Position numbers and translations under genes: made by a program. A stretch of DNA of 63,840 nt, the filler included. It is 9 parts of 9 records of this genome, joined end to end, with 100 filler letters (N's around TTAATTAATTAA, not from the genome) between each part and the next. Parts side by side here need not be neighbours in the genome. Positions count along the whole stretch, not along the records: positions 1 to 8,218 come from SRR31156797_30427; positions 8,319 to 13,478 come from SRR31156797_30452; 7 more parts are not named here. The stretch is one strand, 5' to 3'. Under the pieces are notes generated by a model that made no database searches, was not told the origin of the DNA, and saw only the letters and a program-made list of their open reading frames with translations. Within the stretch, counting starts at the first letter, position 1. Each line of letters starts with the position of its first letter. Positions 1 through 11,282 of this stretch are shown piece after piece.

Positions 1-26
1 CGCCGGTTCGAGTCCGGTCACCCGCT
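1..26 (+). tRNA. 3' fragment of a tRNA, probably tRNA-Gly (truncated by window start)
   Basis: T-arm GCCGG-TTCGAGT-CCGGT, 3' acceptor strand CACCCGC and discriminator T, typical of tRNA-Gly; no encoded CCA; anticodon not in the window. Confidence 0.75.
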
Positions 27-55
27 TTTTCATATATTCTAAGGAGAAAATTATC

Positions 56-1414
56 ATGAAAGTTACAGTTACAGATGGGGAGAAGTCTCAAAAAGTTATG
101 GACATCGAAGTTCCTGTTGAAACATATAAGTCCGTTTTCGATGCTGAATTTGACAAGGTTGCAAAAACTATAAAGGTTCAGGGATTTAGAGAAGGCAAAG
201 CACCTAAAGATATCGTAATGAAAGAGAAAGGACACATGGTTCGTGTTCAGGCTCTCGAGCTTGTTGTTAACGAAGCAGTTAAGAACGCTATCGAAGAGAA
301 CGAGATCAGAGCAATGGGTCAGCCTGAAGTTAAAGACGTTAAGTTTGAAGATGACGATACTCCTATCACATTTAAAGTGTATGTAGATATTTTCCCTACA
401 TACGATGTGACTAAATATAAAGGCTACGAGTTTGTAAAAGAGATGAACGAAGTTACTGACGAAGATCTCGAGGGTGTTCTTAGCAACCTTAAAGATCGTC
501 AGGCTGCTTTCGAGCCAGTTGAAGAAGACGGCGTGGAAATCGCTATGGGCGATCAGGCTATGATGGACTTCGAAGGTTCTATGAACGGCGAAATCATCCC
601 AAACGCTTGTGCTAAAGACTTCGCACTTGAGATCGGTTCCGGTCAGTTTGTACCTGGATTCGAAGAGCAGTGTGTTGGCATCAAAAAAGGCGAGACAAAA
701 GACATCGTTGTTGTTTTCCCTGAAGAATATCAGGAACCTACAATGGCTGGTCAGCCTGTAAACTTTAAGGTTACTATCAACGAGGTTAAGAGAAAATCTA
801 TTCCTGAGCTTGATGATGAATTCGCTAAAGATATTAACGAAAAATACGAAACTCTTGCAGACCTTAAAGAGGACATTAAAAAAGACCTCCTTATGGAAGC
901 TGAAGAGATGGCTAAAGATGCTGTATATAACAACATTCTCGATAAACTTATCGAAGAGAACCCGTTTGATGTTCCTGCTGTAATGGTTAAAGAGCAGGCA
1001 GACAGACTTGTTGAGCAGCAGCTTCGTCAGTACAGCCAGTACGGAATCGACCCAGCTCAGATGGGCATAGATAAAGACGCACTCGCAGAGCAGAGTTTTC
1101 CAGTTGCTGAAAAGCAGGTTAAATCTGCACTCATCATAAATAAGATCGGTGATAACGAGAAAATCAATCCAACTGAGGAAGATCTCGAAAATGCACTTGA
1201 TGAATTTGCAGTTAAGTACGATAAGACAAAAGACGAGCTTAAAAAAGAACTTGAGCAGTACGGCGGAATGGCTTCATTCCAGAACACAGTGTTTACTAAC
1301 ATGGTGTACGATGTGCTCATGAATGAAAATAAGATAGAAGATAAAATCATTACTAAAGCCGAAAGAGATGCAAAAGTAGCAGAAGCTGCTAAAGAGGCCG
1401 GCAAGGAAGCGTAA
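56..1414 (+). CDS. tig: trigger factor
   Basis: GFREGKAP ribosome-binding motif, FKBP domain (DFEG...[12 protein letters not shown]...FPEEY), SD AAGGAG, upstream of clpPX. Confidence 0.97.
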   Translation: MKVTVTDGEKSQKVMDIEVPVETYKSVFDAEFDKVAKTIKVQGFREGKAPKDIVMKEKGHMVRVQALELVVNEAVKNAIEENEIRAMGQPEVKDVKFEDDDTPITFKVYVDIFPTYDVTKYKGYEFVKEMNEVTDEDLEGVLSNLKDRQAAFEPVEEDGVEIAMGDQAMMDFEGSMNGEIIPNACAKDFALEIGSGQFVPGFEEQCVGIKKGETKDIVVVFPEEYQEPTMAGQPVNFKVTINEVKRKSIPELDDEFAKDINEKYETLADLKEDIKKDLLMEAEEMAKDAVYNNILDKLIEENPFDVPAVMVKEQADRLVEQQLRQYSQYGIDPAQMGIDKDALAEQSFPVAEKQVKSALIINKIGDNEKINPTEEDLENALDEFAVKYDKTKDELKKELEQYGGMASFQNTVFTNMVYDVLMNENKIEDKIITKAERDAKVAEAAKEAGKEA

Positions 1415-1416
1415 AC

Positions 1417-2004
1417 ATGAGCTATTATGTACCATATGTCATAGAGCAAACAGGGCGTGGCGAGAGGTCTTACGATATTTATTCCAGACTTCTTAAGGAT
1501 AGAATTATCTTTTTAGGTTCTCAGGTTGAGAGCGGTGTTGCGAACTCTATAGTCGCACAGATGCTTTTCCTTGAGGCGGATGATCCTGATAAGGACATCT
1601 TCCTTTACATCAACTCACCGGGTGGTTCTGTAAGTGACGGTCTTGCTATATTCGACACGATGAACTACATAAAGCCGGATGTTTCAACAATATGCATAGG
1701 TCAGGCAGCCAGCATGGGCGCTGTCCTTCTTGCAGCCGGAGAGAAAGGTAAACGTTTCGCTGTGCCAAACGCCAGAGTTATGATCCATCAGGTTATGGGT
1801 GGTGCTCAGGGGCAGGCGACTGATATAGAAATTCAGGCGAAAGAGATTCTCCGCATCAAAAAAGTTTTAAACGACATACTCACTGATGCTACAGGAAAAA
1901 CCTATGAGCAGATAGAGAAGGACTCTGACAGAGACTACTTTATGTCTGCACTTGAGGCTAAAGACTACGGCATTATAGACGATGTTATCACCAATAGAGC
2001 TTGA
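1417..2004 (+). CDS. clpP: ATP-dependent Clp protease proteolytic subunit
   Basis: [37 protein letters not shown] motifs. Confidence 0.98.
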   Translation: MSYYVPYVIEQTGRGERSYDIYSRLLKDRIIFLGSQVESGVANSIVAQMLFLEADDPDKDIFLYINSPGGSVSDGLAIFDTMNYIKPDVSTICIGQAASMGAVLLAAGEKGKRFAVPNARVMIHQVMGGAQGQATDIEIQAKEILRIKKVLNDILTDATGKTYEQIEKDSDRDYFMSALEAKDYGIIDDVITNRA

Positions 2005-2066
2005 TATTTATTTATCAAAGATTATTTTGATTTAGAATGTTTAAGCACACATCGAGGTGAATATCT

Positions 2067-3317
2067 ATGGGTAAAAATAAAAAAGAGACACTCTCCTGCT
2101 CTTTCTGCGGAAAAAGTCAGGACGAAGTAAAAAAACTTATTGCTGGACCGAATGTATTTATTTGTAATGAATGCATCGAGCTTTGCAATGAGATTCTGAA
2201 AGAAGACCTCGAAGATATCGGCGGTGAGGAGCAGGTATTTAACCTTCTTACACCATCAGAGATAAAAGGTAAACTTGACGAATATGTTATTGGTCAGCAG
2301 GCTGCGAAGAAGATTCTTTCTGTCGCTGTTCATAACCATTATAAAAGAGTTCTGCACGGTAAAAAATCTGAAGTTGAGCTTGAGAAGAGTAACATTCTTC
2401 TCCTCGGTCCTACTGGTACTGGTAAAACCCTCCTAGCGAGAACACTTGCCAGAATACTTAACGTTCCTTTCGCTATTGCGGATGCCACAACTCTCACAGA
2501 GGCGGGCTATGTTGGTGAGGACGTTGAAAACGTAGTGTTGAAGCTTCTTCAGAATGCAGAATACGATGTAGATCGCACCCAAAAGGGTATTATCTTCATA
2601 GATGAGATCGATAAGATTTCCAAAAAAGGCGATTCACCATCCATCACTCGTGATGTTTCCGGTGAAGGCGTGCAACAGGCGCTCCTTAAGATTATCGAAG
2701 GTACAATAGCTAATGTTCCACCTCAGGGCGGACGTAAGCATCCACAGCAGGACTATATACAGGTTGATACATCAAACATCCTTTTCATAGTCGGTGGAGC
2801 TTTTGATATGCTTGACGAGGTGATCAAAAAGCGTGTTGGTAAGAAATCACTCGGTTTCGCAAGTGCGGCAGATGATGCTGAGAAGAAGAGTGATCTTTCG
2901 AGATTTGAGCTTCTTAGTGAACTTGAGCCGGGCGACCTTGTGAAATATGGTCTTATTCCGGAATTTGTCGGACGTCTCCCTGTTGCGGCTGCCCTTGAGG
3001 ACTTGGATGAGGAATCACTCGTTCGTATCCTTCAGGAGCCTAAGAACAGCCTTATTAAGCAGTATGAGCAGATGTTTAAGTTTGACGAAGTGAAGCTCAC
3101 TTTTACAAACAGCGCACTGAAGTCCGTTGCTAAAAAGGCTCTTACACGTAAAACAGGTGCAAGAGGACTTCGCTCTATCCTTGAGGAAGCTATGATGGAA
3201 GTTATGTACTCCATCCCTTCGGAAGAAGGCGTTAAAGAGTGCATCATCAACGAGGATGTAATCAATGAGGGTGCTAAACCGATATTGATGTTTGAGAACA
3301 AGAAGGAAACAGCTTAG
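2067..3317 (+). CDS. clpX: ATP-dependent Clp protease ATP-binding subunit
   Basis: CSFCGK...CNEC zinc finger, GPTGTGKT Walker [15 protein letters not shown] and LGF loops. Confidence 0.98.
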   Translation: MGKNKKETLSCSFCGKSQDEVKKLIAGPNVFICNECIELCNEILKEDLEDIGGEEQVFNLLTPSEIKGKLDEYVIGQQAAKKILSVAVHNHYKRVLHGKKSEVELEKSNILLLGPTGTGKTLLARTLARILNVPFAIADATTLTEAGYVGEDVENVVLKLLQNAEYDVDRTQKGIIFIDEIDKISKKGDSPSITRDVSGEGVQQALLKIIEGTIANVPPQGGRKHPQQDYIQVDTSNILFIVGGAFDMLDEVIKKRVGKKSLGFASAADDAEKKSDLSRFELLSELEPGDLVKYGLIPEFVGRLPVAAALEDLDEESLVRILQEPKNSLIKQYEQMFKFDEVKLTFTNSALKSVAKKALTRKTGARGLRSILEEAMMEVMYSIPSEEGVKECIINEDVINEGAKPILMFENKKETA

Positions 3318-3479
3318 AATCTATAAGCATCGTTCTTCTATTTCCTCGGAGCGCCTTGAATAACTCGCTTCTAGAAACTAATTGACGCTAGCAGGTTGGA
3401 TGAGCGTAAGCTAATTTCACCAGCCTAGTGATAGAAAGTCTACATAGTCCGCCTATAAACGGTGGGTTTATATATAACG

Positions 3480-3509
3480 GGGTGATGCCAAATGGTGTCA
3501 CCCTTTTTT
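3480..3509 (+). terminator. intrinsic terminator after tig-clpP-clpX
   Basis: GGGTGATGCCA-AA-TGGTGTCACCC hairpin followed by T6. Confidence 0.8.
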
Positions 3510-3524
3510 ATGTGAATTAAATGT

Positions 3525-3552
3525 TTGAACAATTTCTTCAAAGGACTATAAT
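3525..3552 (+). promoter_or_regulatory. putative sigma70 promoter of lon
   Basis: TTGAAC-16 nt-TATAAT just downstream of the terminator. Confidence 0.5.
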
Positions 3553-3644
3553 AATCTTCTGTACAGCTATTGATTAAATCAGAGTGACCGACGAGAGCTC
3601 GAATGCGTGGCAGCAAAGAACGTTAACTTAGGATAGAGGACCTT

Positions 3645-5951
3645 ATGCAAAATATAGAACAATATACATTGATACCGCTTAGGGATATGGTCATTTTCCC
3701 TTACATGATTTCCCCGGTTTTTGTGGGGCGTACTAAATCCGTGAACGCTGTTGATATAGCGGAAGGATCAACCAAGCAGATTTTCTTTGCGTTACAGAAA
3801 GATGAAGACCTTGATGAACCAACCATGAACGAACTTTATACCACAGGTGTTGTTGCAAAACTGTTACAGGTTTTAAAACTTCCTGATGGGACAGTTAAGC
3901 TTTTAGTAGAGGGTGCAGAGCGTGCACGTCTACTAAGTGTGGCTGATGAAGGGGACTGCCTTTTCGCTAATGTCGAACTTCTGCCTGACGGTTATGTTGA
4001 GCCATCCGAAGAGCCGGCACTTTTCAAAATGCTCGCTGAAAGCTTTAACACCTACTCAGAAGTTTCTAAGAAGATAAATGAAAATGTAACCCAGAGCATC
4101 TCTGAAATAGATGATATCGATAGGCTTGCATACTCTGTTGCGTCTAATATGCCTTTTGCTAATGATGAGCATCAGTCTGTTCTTGAAACTGATGATGCTA
4201 CGACTCGTGTGGAAAAAGTTATTGAGATGACACAGACTTACATAGAACTAACTAAGATGGATACACGTATCAGGCAGAAGGTGAAAAACCAGATGTCAAA
4301 GGCGCAGAAGGAATATTATCTAGGCGAGCAGGTTAAGGCGATTAATGAAGAGCTCGGCAAGGATGACGATTTCAAAGAGGATATGGAAGAGCTCGAAGAG
4401 AAGCTTAAAGAGCTTAAAGTGAGCGAAACTGTCCGTGAGCGTGGTGATAGAGAGATTAAAAAGCTTAAGATGATGTCACCTATGTCAGCAGAGGCGACTG
4501 TTGTGCGCAATTACCTAGACTGGCTCACTGCTATGCCTTGGGGTGAGTTTACCGAGGATGATCTCGAGCTTGATAAGGCTGAAGATATACTTAACCGTGA
4601 CCACTTCGGGCTGGATAAACCGAAAGAGCGTATCCTTGAATTTCTCGCTGTTAAGAAGATGGCTGAGGGGATTAAGAGTCCGATCATATGCTTTACCGGA
4701 CCTCCGGGGGTTGGTAAAACGTCTCTGGCAAAATCTATCGCAGAGGCGATGAACAGAAAATTTGTCCGTATGTCACTGGGCGGGATGCGTGATGAGGCAG
4801 AGATCAGAGGTCACCGTAAAACATACATAGGCGCTATGCCCGGTAAGATACTGCAATCCTTAAAGAAAGCAGGCAGCTCTAACCCTGTATTCCTTTTAGA
4901 TGAGATAGATAAGCTCGGTTCAGATTTCAGAGGAGATCCATCTTCGGCGCTACTTGAGGTTCTCGACCCTGAGCAGAATAATACATTTATGGATCACTAC
5001 CTTGAGCTTGAGTACGATCTTTCAAAGGTGATGTTTATCACTACGGCTAACAATGTTGGGAATATCCCGAGACCTCTCCTGGACAGGATGGAAGTCATTA
5101 GCGTAAGTGGATATACTGAAAAGGAAAAATTGCAAATTGCGAAGCAGTTTCTAGTGCCGAAAGCGGTTAAGGAACATAATATGGAAGAGCGTGCGTCACT
5201 TGCAGACACGGCTCTTTTAGAGATTATCAGAGGCTATACAAAAGAGGCAGGTGTTCGTAATCTTGAGCGTGAAATCGCATCAGTGGTGCGTAAGTGCGTG
5301 AAAAAGATAGTGCAGAAGCCTGACACTAAGAGTGTAAAAGTAAAAAAGAGTACAATTGAGAAATTTCTGGGTATCCCAAAATTTCGTGAAGATGATATAC
5401 CAAATAAAATCGAAGTCGGTGTGGCTTCTGGACTTGCGTGGACCCCATACGGCGGAACAATCCTTCAGATAGAGGTCGCTACCAATAAGGGTAAAGGTCT
5501 TATGCAGGTAACAGGGAAGCTCGGAGATGTTATGCAGGAGTCAGCGAAGACCGCTTTTACAGTGGTTAAAACATACGCTTCAAAGTTTAAACTTCCTGCT
5601 AGTAAGTTCTCAGAAAACGATATTCATGTCCATGTGCCTGAGGGCGCAGTGCCGAAGGATGGTCCATCTGCCGGCATTACCATGGCAACAGCTATCATGT
5701 CTGCACTCACAGGCAGAGAGGTTAAGTGCGACATAGCCATGACCGGAGAAATAACTCTCAGGGGTAGAGTTTTACCTATCGGCGGAGTGAAAGAGAAGGT
5801 GCTCGCTGCTCACAGAGCTGGTGTGAGGGAGATTATCCTCCCTAAGGCTAACGATAAGGACTTGACAGAAATCCCCGCTGATGTTAAAAATGTAGTCCGG
5901 TTTCACCTTGTCGAGTCTATCGAAGAGGTATTTGAAATCGTAATAATTTAA
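3645..5951 (+). CDS. lon: Lon protease
   Basis: PLRD N-domain, [30 protein letters not shown] catalytic Ser motif. Confidence 0.98.
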   Translation: MQNIEQYTLIPLRDMVIFPYMISPVFVGRTKSVNAVDIAEGSTKQIFFALQKDEDLDEPTMNELYTTGVVAKLLQVLKLPDGTVKLLVEGAERARLLSVADEGDCLFANVELLPDGYVEPSEEPALFKMLAESFNTYSEVSKKINENVTQSISEIDDIDRLAYSVASNMPFANDEHQSVLETDDATTRVEKVIEMTQTYIELTKMDTRIRQKVKNQMSKAQKEYYLGEQVKAINEELGKDDDFKEDMEELEEKLKELKVSETVRERGDREIKKLKMMSPMSAEATVVRNYLDWLTAMPWGEFTEDDLELDKAEDILNRDHFGLDKPKERILEFLAVKKMAEGIKSPIICFTGPPGVGKTSLAKSIAEAMNRKFVRMSLGGMRDEAEIRGHRKTYIGAMPGKILQSLKKAGSSNPVFLLDEIDKLGSDFRGDPSSALLEVLDPEQNNTFMDHYLELEYDLSKVMFITTANNVGNIPRPLLDRMEVISVSGYTEKEKLQIAKQFLVPKAVKEHNMEERASLADTALLEIIRGYTKEAGVRNLEREIASVVRKCVKKIVQKPDTKSVKVKKSTIEKFLGIPKFREDDIPNKIEVGVASGLAWTPYGGTILQIEVATNKGKGLMQVTGKLGDVMQESAKTAFTVVKTYASKFKLPASKFSENDIHVHVPEGAVPKDGPSAGITMATAIMSALTGREVKCDIAMTGEITLRGRVLPIGGVKEKVLAAHRAGVREIILPKANDKDLTEIPADVKNVVRFHLVESIEEVFEIVII

Positions 5952-5975
5952 AAACCAAGAAAGGATGTGATTACT

Positions 5976-6194
5976 GTGGCAGTAAACGCAGTAGTTAGAG
6001 TCGATGGCGAGAATGTGGATTACGCACTTAAGCTTCTCAAGAAGAAGATAGAGCGCGAAGGTCTCATCAGAGAGATCAAGAAATACACATACTACGAGAA
6101 GCCAACAGAGGTTCGCCGCAAAAAACTTCTTAAAGCAAGAAGAAAGCAGCAGAAACTCCAGCGCAAAATCGCTGAAAAGTACAAATACTACTAG
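5976..6194 (+). CDS. rpsU: 30S ribosomal protein S21
   Basis: ENVDYALK...YYEKPTEVRRKK; GTG start at 5976 after SD AAGGATGTGA. Confidence 0.93.
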   Translation: MAVNAVVRVDGENVDYALKLLKKKIEREGLIREIKKYTYYEKPTEVRRKKLLKARRKQQKLQRKIAEKYKYY

Positions 6195-6300
6195 GGTGGC
6201 AGCCTGTTAAGGGTTGAAGCTCAAAGTTATTTGTGCGTAACACCGGCAGGTGTAAAATTGTAAATGAATGACCACTTTGATGAGTGGTTGTCTTTATATG

Positions 6301-6335
6301 AGACCGGCAGAACGAGGTTTTTGTCGGTCTTTTTT
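6301..6335 (+). terminator. intrinsic terminator after rpsU
   Basis: AGACCGGCAGAAC/GTTTTTGTCGGTCT hairpin with G.U pairs, followed by a T tract. Confidence 0.7.
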
Positions 6336-7119
6336 ATTGTTTAAAAGTGTACCTTTTATCCTGACGCAAGTCGTAAGCGAGATGTCCGTTTCTAGTCACT
6401 GTCAATATCGGTGGTACAAAAGGGTAATGACCGATCATAGAAAACCATGTTATGTGGTATTTCCTGACAGTGTGACCTTTCGGACTGAGGTACTTTTTAA
6501 TATTTTCATCAAAGCTATCAGGGTTTATCGATGTTGAGTAGAGTGCCTCAGAGTAGAAACACAAATATTTTCTTTGCTCAAATGGCGACTGAACAATATT
6601 TTCTATGTTCACATTCATCCACATATTAAATGTTGGGCAGAAGATTTCTGTTTTGCCATTTATCGTTATCTCAAGGAATCCGTGCGCCCAGTCTTGAATG
6701 TCTGTATAGGTTGTCGACATATGCTGAATGTTGAACTGCTCACAAAGCCATGCCATAGCAAAAGACTTGTTACCGCAGTGAGCGTATTCAAGAGCGAGAT
6801 ATTCTTCAATTGTATCTATTTTGTTAAGCTTGCTTAAATCGTAATCACTTGGCGGGTGCTCTTTACTGAAGTGGACTATCTGCATAAGAAAGAACGGCAG
6901 AGCATACTCTTCTGTAAAGCAGTAAGTTTTAATTGAGCTAAAGAGGCTCTCTTTCGATTCCTCAAAAAACTGTCTCACTGCCGCTATATCATTAAGTTTT
7001 AATTCAGAGGCTGCCGATGTAAAATCTATATCGAATTTAACCGGGAACAGCTCAGTTATAATATTAGGTCTGAGCGTATTATTAGCGTAATGGTATTTAA
7101 GTTTAAGATCAATCTCCAT
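6334..7119 (-). CDS. hypothetical protein with transglutaminase-like core
   Basis: 261 aa; HCGNKSFAMAWLCEQFNI...HGFLEITINGKTEIFCPTFN resembles the transglutaminase-like C...H-x-x-x-E...DPT pattern; starts 3 nt after the secA stop. Confidence 0.6.
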   Translation of the reverse strand: MEIDLKLKYHYANNTLRPNIITELFPVKFDIDFTSAASELKLNDIAAVRQFFEESKESLFSSIKTYCFTEEYALPFFLMQIVHFSKEHPPSDYDLSKLNKIDTIEEYLALEYAHCGNKSFAMAWLCEQFNIQHMSTTYTDIQDWAHGFLEITINGKTEIFCPTFNMWMNVNIENIVQSPFEQRKYLCFYSEALYSTSINPDSFDENIKKYLSPKGHTVRKYHITWFSMIGHYPFVPPILTVTRNGHLAYDLRQDKRYTFKQ

Positions 7120-7122
7120 TGC

Positions 7123-8218
7123 TTAAACCTCAGCTTCATCTGAAGCGGATTCTTCCTGTGCACCGTGGCATTTCTTGAATTTCTTACCGCTGCCGCAAGG
7201 GCAAGGGTCATTCCGACCAACCTTTGGCATATCACGCTTAACTGGCTTTTTCTTCGCTTCTGCTTTCTCGTCTGCAAAGATATCCTTATGTTCTTCAGTA
7301 GTTTCAATCTTATCTCTCTTCTGAGCTTCAGCAACGTCTGATTCTTCCTGAACCTGAACATGGAAGAGGAAAGAACACACTTCTGAGTTGATCTTATTCA
7401 TCATCTCTACAAAGAGGTTAAAAGCTTCACGCTTGTATTCATTAAGCGGATCCTTCTGGCCGTATCCACGGAGACCAACGGAATCACGAAGGTAGTCCAT
7501 CTGGAGAAGGTTTTCCTTCCATCTGGAGTCGAGGACACTGATAAAGAGGAACTTAATAACTTCGTCATAGTATCCGCCAAACTGACCTTTACGGTCTTCA
7601 AGCTTAGCAAATATCTCTTTTTTGAGCTTATCTATATCATTAGGTGTCTCTTTTCTGTCTTCAGAAAATTTAAACTCTATGTCGAATGTAAGCTCTATAT
7701 CTTTTTCAAATTCTTCAAGGTCAGGTTTATCGATAGCATTTACATAAACCTCGTTCATGTTATCAATAACATTTTCGATAGTTTCGCTTATTATCGCCTC
7801 AACCTCTTCTCCAGCGAGTATATCTTTTCTGAGTGAATATATAACATTCCTCTGCTGGTTCATTACGTTATCGTAATCGAGGAGATGTTTTCTGATCTCA
7901 AAGTGGAATGCCTCCACTTTTTTCTGTGCACCCTCGATGGATTTGCTGATCATAGGGTGTTCAATGTGCTCACCGTCTTTCATCCCCAGCTTTGTCATTA
8001 TCGCAGCAATTTTCTCAGAACCGAAAATACGCATAAGATCGTCTTCCAGTGATACGAAGAATCTTGATGAACCGTTGTCACCCTGACGTCCTGCACGACC
8101 TCTCAGCTGGTTGTCGATACGTCTTGATTCGTGCCTGTCTGTTCCGAGGATGTGAAGTCCGCCGAGTTCAGGAACGCCCTCACCTAGCTTAATGTCAGTA
8201 CCACGACCAGCCATGTTT
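7123..8218 (-). CDS. secA: preprotein translocase SecA, C-terminal part (5' truncated)
   Basis: [37 protein letters not shown] motif [19 protein letters not shown]. Confidence 0.98.
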
Positions 8219-8318
8219 NNNNNNNNNNNNNNNNNNNNNNNNNNNNNNNNNNNNNNNNNNNNTTAATTAATTAANNNNNNNNNNNNNNNNNNNNNNNNNN
8301 NNNNNNNNNNNNNNNNNN
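8219..8318. other. artificial contig spacer
   Basis: N-run / TTAATTAATTAA / N-run, 100 nt. Confidence 0.99.
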
Positions 8319-9432
8319 AAAGATCGAACCATTTCTCCATATCTTTGCGGGTCTTGGCCTCATGGGACTTTACAACCAGCGGTACCTGATCCCAGGAGCA
8401 CTGAATCAGGCAGTGAAGCTGGTACTCCCCCACCTCTCTGCCGCTGCCGGGCGAAGGGATAGGCCAGACGCCGATCTTAGTCCGGGGAAGTTCCGGGACC
8501 CACCGGAAGATATTTTCGCCGAAGATGGGTTCATCGAGGGAGTAGATGCTGGTCCACACGTTGGCAAATTTGGTGGATATTCCTTTGATCCATTCTACGT
8601 ACCAGGGTGGGAACAGATCTTCGTTTAAAACATTGAAAAAATCCCAAAGCGGCAGAGTGTTGACCACCACCGGCGCATCGATACGTTCCACATCCAGGAA
8701 ATGGGAGGGAAATCCCCGTTCCCCTACTTCCACTTCGACGCCGCACGCCTTGCCGTTTTCGACGACGATGTTGGTCACTCGGGTGTTGGTTCGGATTTCA
8801 CCGCCGTTTTCCCGGATGGCGTCGGCCAGGGGGTTGAGGACGCTGTTCATGCCGCCGGCGAAGGTTCCGGCTTGTTCGGCAAAGCTGCCCCTGAATTCCA
8901 CCAAACGCTTGATGGCATCCATCACATCGCCGGCGGAAAGGCCGTCGAGTTTTCCCTCAGCACAAACCGAACCGCCAAAGTACCACAGAAAATGTTTCAA
9001 TCCATCGTCGGTAATATTGTCCTCTATCCAATCCGCTAATGGCACGTCATCGTACTTGTACTGGATGTCCATGTATGGTTGGGAGAGAATTTCGCCGACG
9101 AGTTTTTTTATGTCTTTGGATGGGACCATGGCCCCCAGGTCCTTCCATTCCCCGTCAAGGAGCACCTCGGTTTTGTCCCAAAAGGTATGGACTTCCGGAA
9201 ACGGCTTGCCAATCCGTTCGAACACCTTTTCGACATCCCCGGTGCAGATGGCAGCGTGCAAGCCGTTGTCCAGGTAGTGCCCCCTGAATTTCGAGGCACA
9301 AGCCCGGCCGCCGAGATAGTCCTGCTTTTCCAGTACCAGGACTTTTTTCCCTTCAACTGCCAGCATGGCGCCGATTCCCAATCCGCTTGGACCGCCGCCA
9401 ACTAAAATTACATCCCATTTTTCTTGAGTCAT
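8319..9432 (-). CDS. FAD-dependent oxidoreductase, phytoene desaturase-like family (3' truncated)
   Basis: DVILVGGGPSG...VLVLEKQDYLGGR...DNGLH dinucleotide-binding motif; GGMNSVLNPLADAIRENGGEIRTN. Confidence 0.8.
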
Positions 9433-9477
9433 TACCGGCCTCCTTACGATTATTTTAAATAAATGATGACTAAAACG

Positions 9478-10662
9478 CTAAAAACCCACAACACCTTTTT
9501 CTTTCAGCATCGTGATCGCATTATCGGATAGATCCAACCTTTTTAGTATTTCAATGGTATGCTCTCCCAATGCGGGAGGCGGCGATTTCGGAAGGGCGGG
9601 GGTTTTAGAAAACCGAATCGGCTGATTGACGAGCTGAATCGGACCGACCTTCGAATGCTCCATGTCAACGATCATTTCATTGTGAACGACCTGAGGATCG
9701 GACAGTACATCGGAATAGGAGTATATGGGGCCGTTGGGGATATCCGCCTTGTCCAAGACTTCCCGCCACTCCTCGGTGGTCTTGCGCGTGAAAATGGGGG
9801 ATAGGATATCGCGAAGGATGGAACTGTTTTTCATTCTCAGCAGGTTATCTTTGAACTGGGGGTCGTCATAGAGTTCTTGTACATCGAGAACGGTACACAA
9901 CCGTTTCCAGAATTTTCGTCGAAAAACGGAGATGTTGATATACCCGTCATGGGTCTTGAAGTACTCGATGGGAGCACCGAGCGGGCTTGCGCAACCGGTT
10001 CGAACCGGATTTTTTCCTGTAGCGAGGTATTCCGTGATTCGATTGGATTGCAGTGAGAGGAGAGAATCGATGAGGGAGACGGACACCTTCTGGCCGTCAC
10101 CGGTTTTTGTCCGATTGTACAGCGCCGATACGATCCCGATGGTCGCGTACAGGCCTGCTGACATATCCGCCGGGGTGAGTCCCAGGCGCACCGGCGGATC
10201 GCCCTCTTCCCCCGAGACCATCATTACGCCACTCATTCCCTGGAAAATGGAGTCGCTGGCCGGCTTCATCCGGTACGGGCCCTCCTCCCCGAAACCCGTC
10301 AAAGCACAATAGACGATTCCGTCGTTTACGGCCCGAATATCGTCGTAGTCGATTTTCCAGTTGCTCGCCACGTTCGGTCGCAGGTTATGAATGAAAACGT
10401 CGGCGGTTTCAACCAGTTTCATGAGGACCTCCCAGCCCTCCTGTTTACCGATATTCAGGGCCAATCCCTTCTTATTCCGGTTCTGGCTCAAATAAAAAGT
10501 CGCCTCGTCACCGAAACTGGGAGGAGCCAAATCACGGCTCGAATCTCCGAAACCGGGAGGCTCGACCTTAATTACATTGGCGCCCATTTCTCCCAATAGC
10601 ATGGCACAGTGAGGACCTGCGATGAGGGTGGATATTTCGACGACGGTGATTTCTTTTAGCAT
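9478..10662 (-). CDS. class III CoA-transferase (CaiB/BaiF family)
   Basis: IAGPHC...GANVIKVEPP, NRNKKG, NLRP, catalytic Asp in ADMSAG, PPALGEHT. Confidence 0.93.
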   Translation of the reverse strand: MLKEITVVEISTLIAGPHCAMLLGEMGANVIKVEPPGFGDSSRDLAPPSFGDEATFYLSQNRNKKGLALNIGKQEGWEVLMKLVETADVFIHNLRPNVASNWKIDYDDIRAVNDGIVYCALTGFGEEGPYRMKPASDSIFQGMSGVMMVSGEEGDPPVRLGLTPADMSAGLYATIGIVSALYNRTKTGDGQKVSVSLIDSLLSLQSNRITEYLATGKNPVRTGCASPLGAPIEYFKTHDGYINISVFRRKFWKRLCTVLDVQELYDDPQFKDNLLRMKNSSILRDILSPIFTRKTTEEWREVLDKADIPNGPIYSYSDVLSDPQVVHNEMIVDMEHSKVGPIQLVNQPIRFSKTPALPKSPPPALGEHTIEILKRLDLSDNAITMLKEKGVVGF

Positions 10663-10749
10663 GTAATTTCCCCTACAACTGGATGTATCTAACGTTTGTA
10701 CGCATACAATCTTCGGTTTTTTTAAAATTAAAGAATTTTTTTATTAAGA

Positions 10750-10765
10750 AGCAAATAACGTGCCT
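10750..10765 (-). promoter_or_regulatory. sigma54 -24/-12 promoter for the CoA-transferase operon
   Basis: minus strand AGGCACGTTATTTGCT (GG-N10-GC; consensus TGGCACG-N4-TTGC), about 90 nt upstream of the ATG. Confidence 0.7.
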
Positions 10766-10910
10766 CTATCGGTGAAATATAGAATCCAAGAAATAGAGTT
10801 TGGACTAAATTGCAGGCCGCATCGGTGCGAAATCCTAGGTTGAATAAACAATATTTTAAACCCTGTGTGACGGGTGTTGTCAGGAATCAATGGGGGTTTA
10901 TATTCGATGC

Positions 10911-10926
10911 AATGCGCTAGCGCATT
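10911..10926. promoter_or_regulatory. perfect 16-bp palindrome, candidate activator or repressor site
   Basis: AATGCGCTAGCGCATT lies between the two divergent sigma54-type promoters. Confidence 0.5.
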
Positions 10927-11147
10927 ATGGTGAATCAATCTTGAATCGGTAATGTTGAAAGCGGTTGTGGGTATGTCCAAATCCAACCCTTGACCGGGTC
11001 CCAGGATAAACGAGGCCGAAAATATCGGTTTTCCTGTCCTGTAGGGGTTGCAATAACGTTTTTGGGCGGCCTTGTCTTTTACTCTTTACTCTCCGCATTT
11101 GATTATGAAGTCCAGTCCTCGGGCTTTTGCGATCTCGTAGCTTGGAT

Positions 11148-11163
11148 TGGCACACATATCGCA
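11148..11163 (+). promoter_or_regulatory. sigma54 -24/-12 promoter for the acyl-CoA dehydrogenase operon
   Basis: TGGCACACATATCGCA (GG-N10-GC), about 120 nt upstream of the ATG. Confidence 0.62.
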
Positions 11164-11282
11164 AATAAAGCATCATACGAAGATATCCCTGTCAGATCTG
11201 TCAAAAGAATACTTCAATTTTATTTCTCCAGAGGTGCTTCACGTCTCTGGCAAGAGGGTAACTGCTGAAAAGGGGCGTTTGT

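Noticed and set aside
6192..6263. TAG readthrough of rpsU into a 22-codon extension
   Set aside because: S21 is already full length and there is no recoding evidence
10744..11268. Small ORFs (80-92 aa) in the region between the CoA-transferase and the ACAD genes
   Set aside because: No motifs or convincing starts; the region is better explained by the divergent sigma54 promoters
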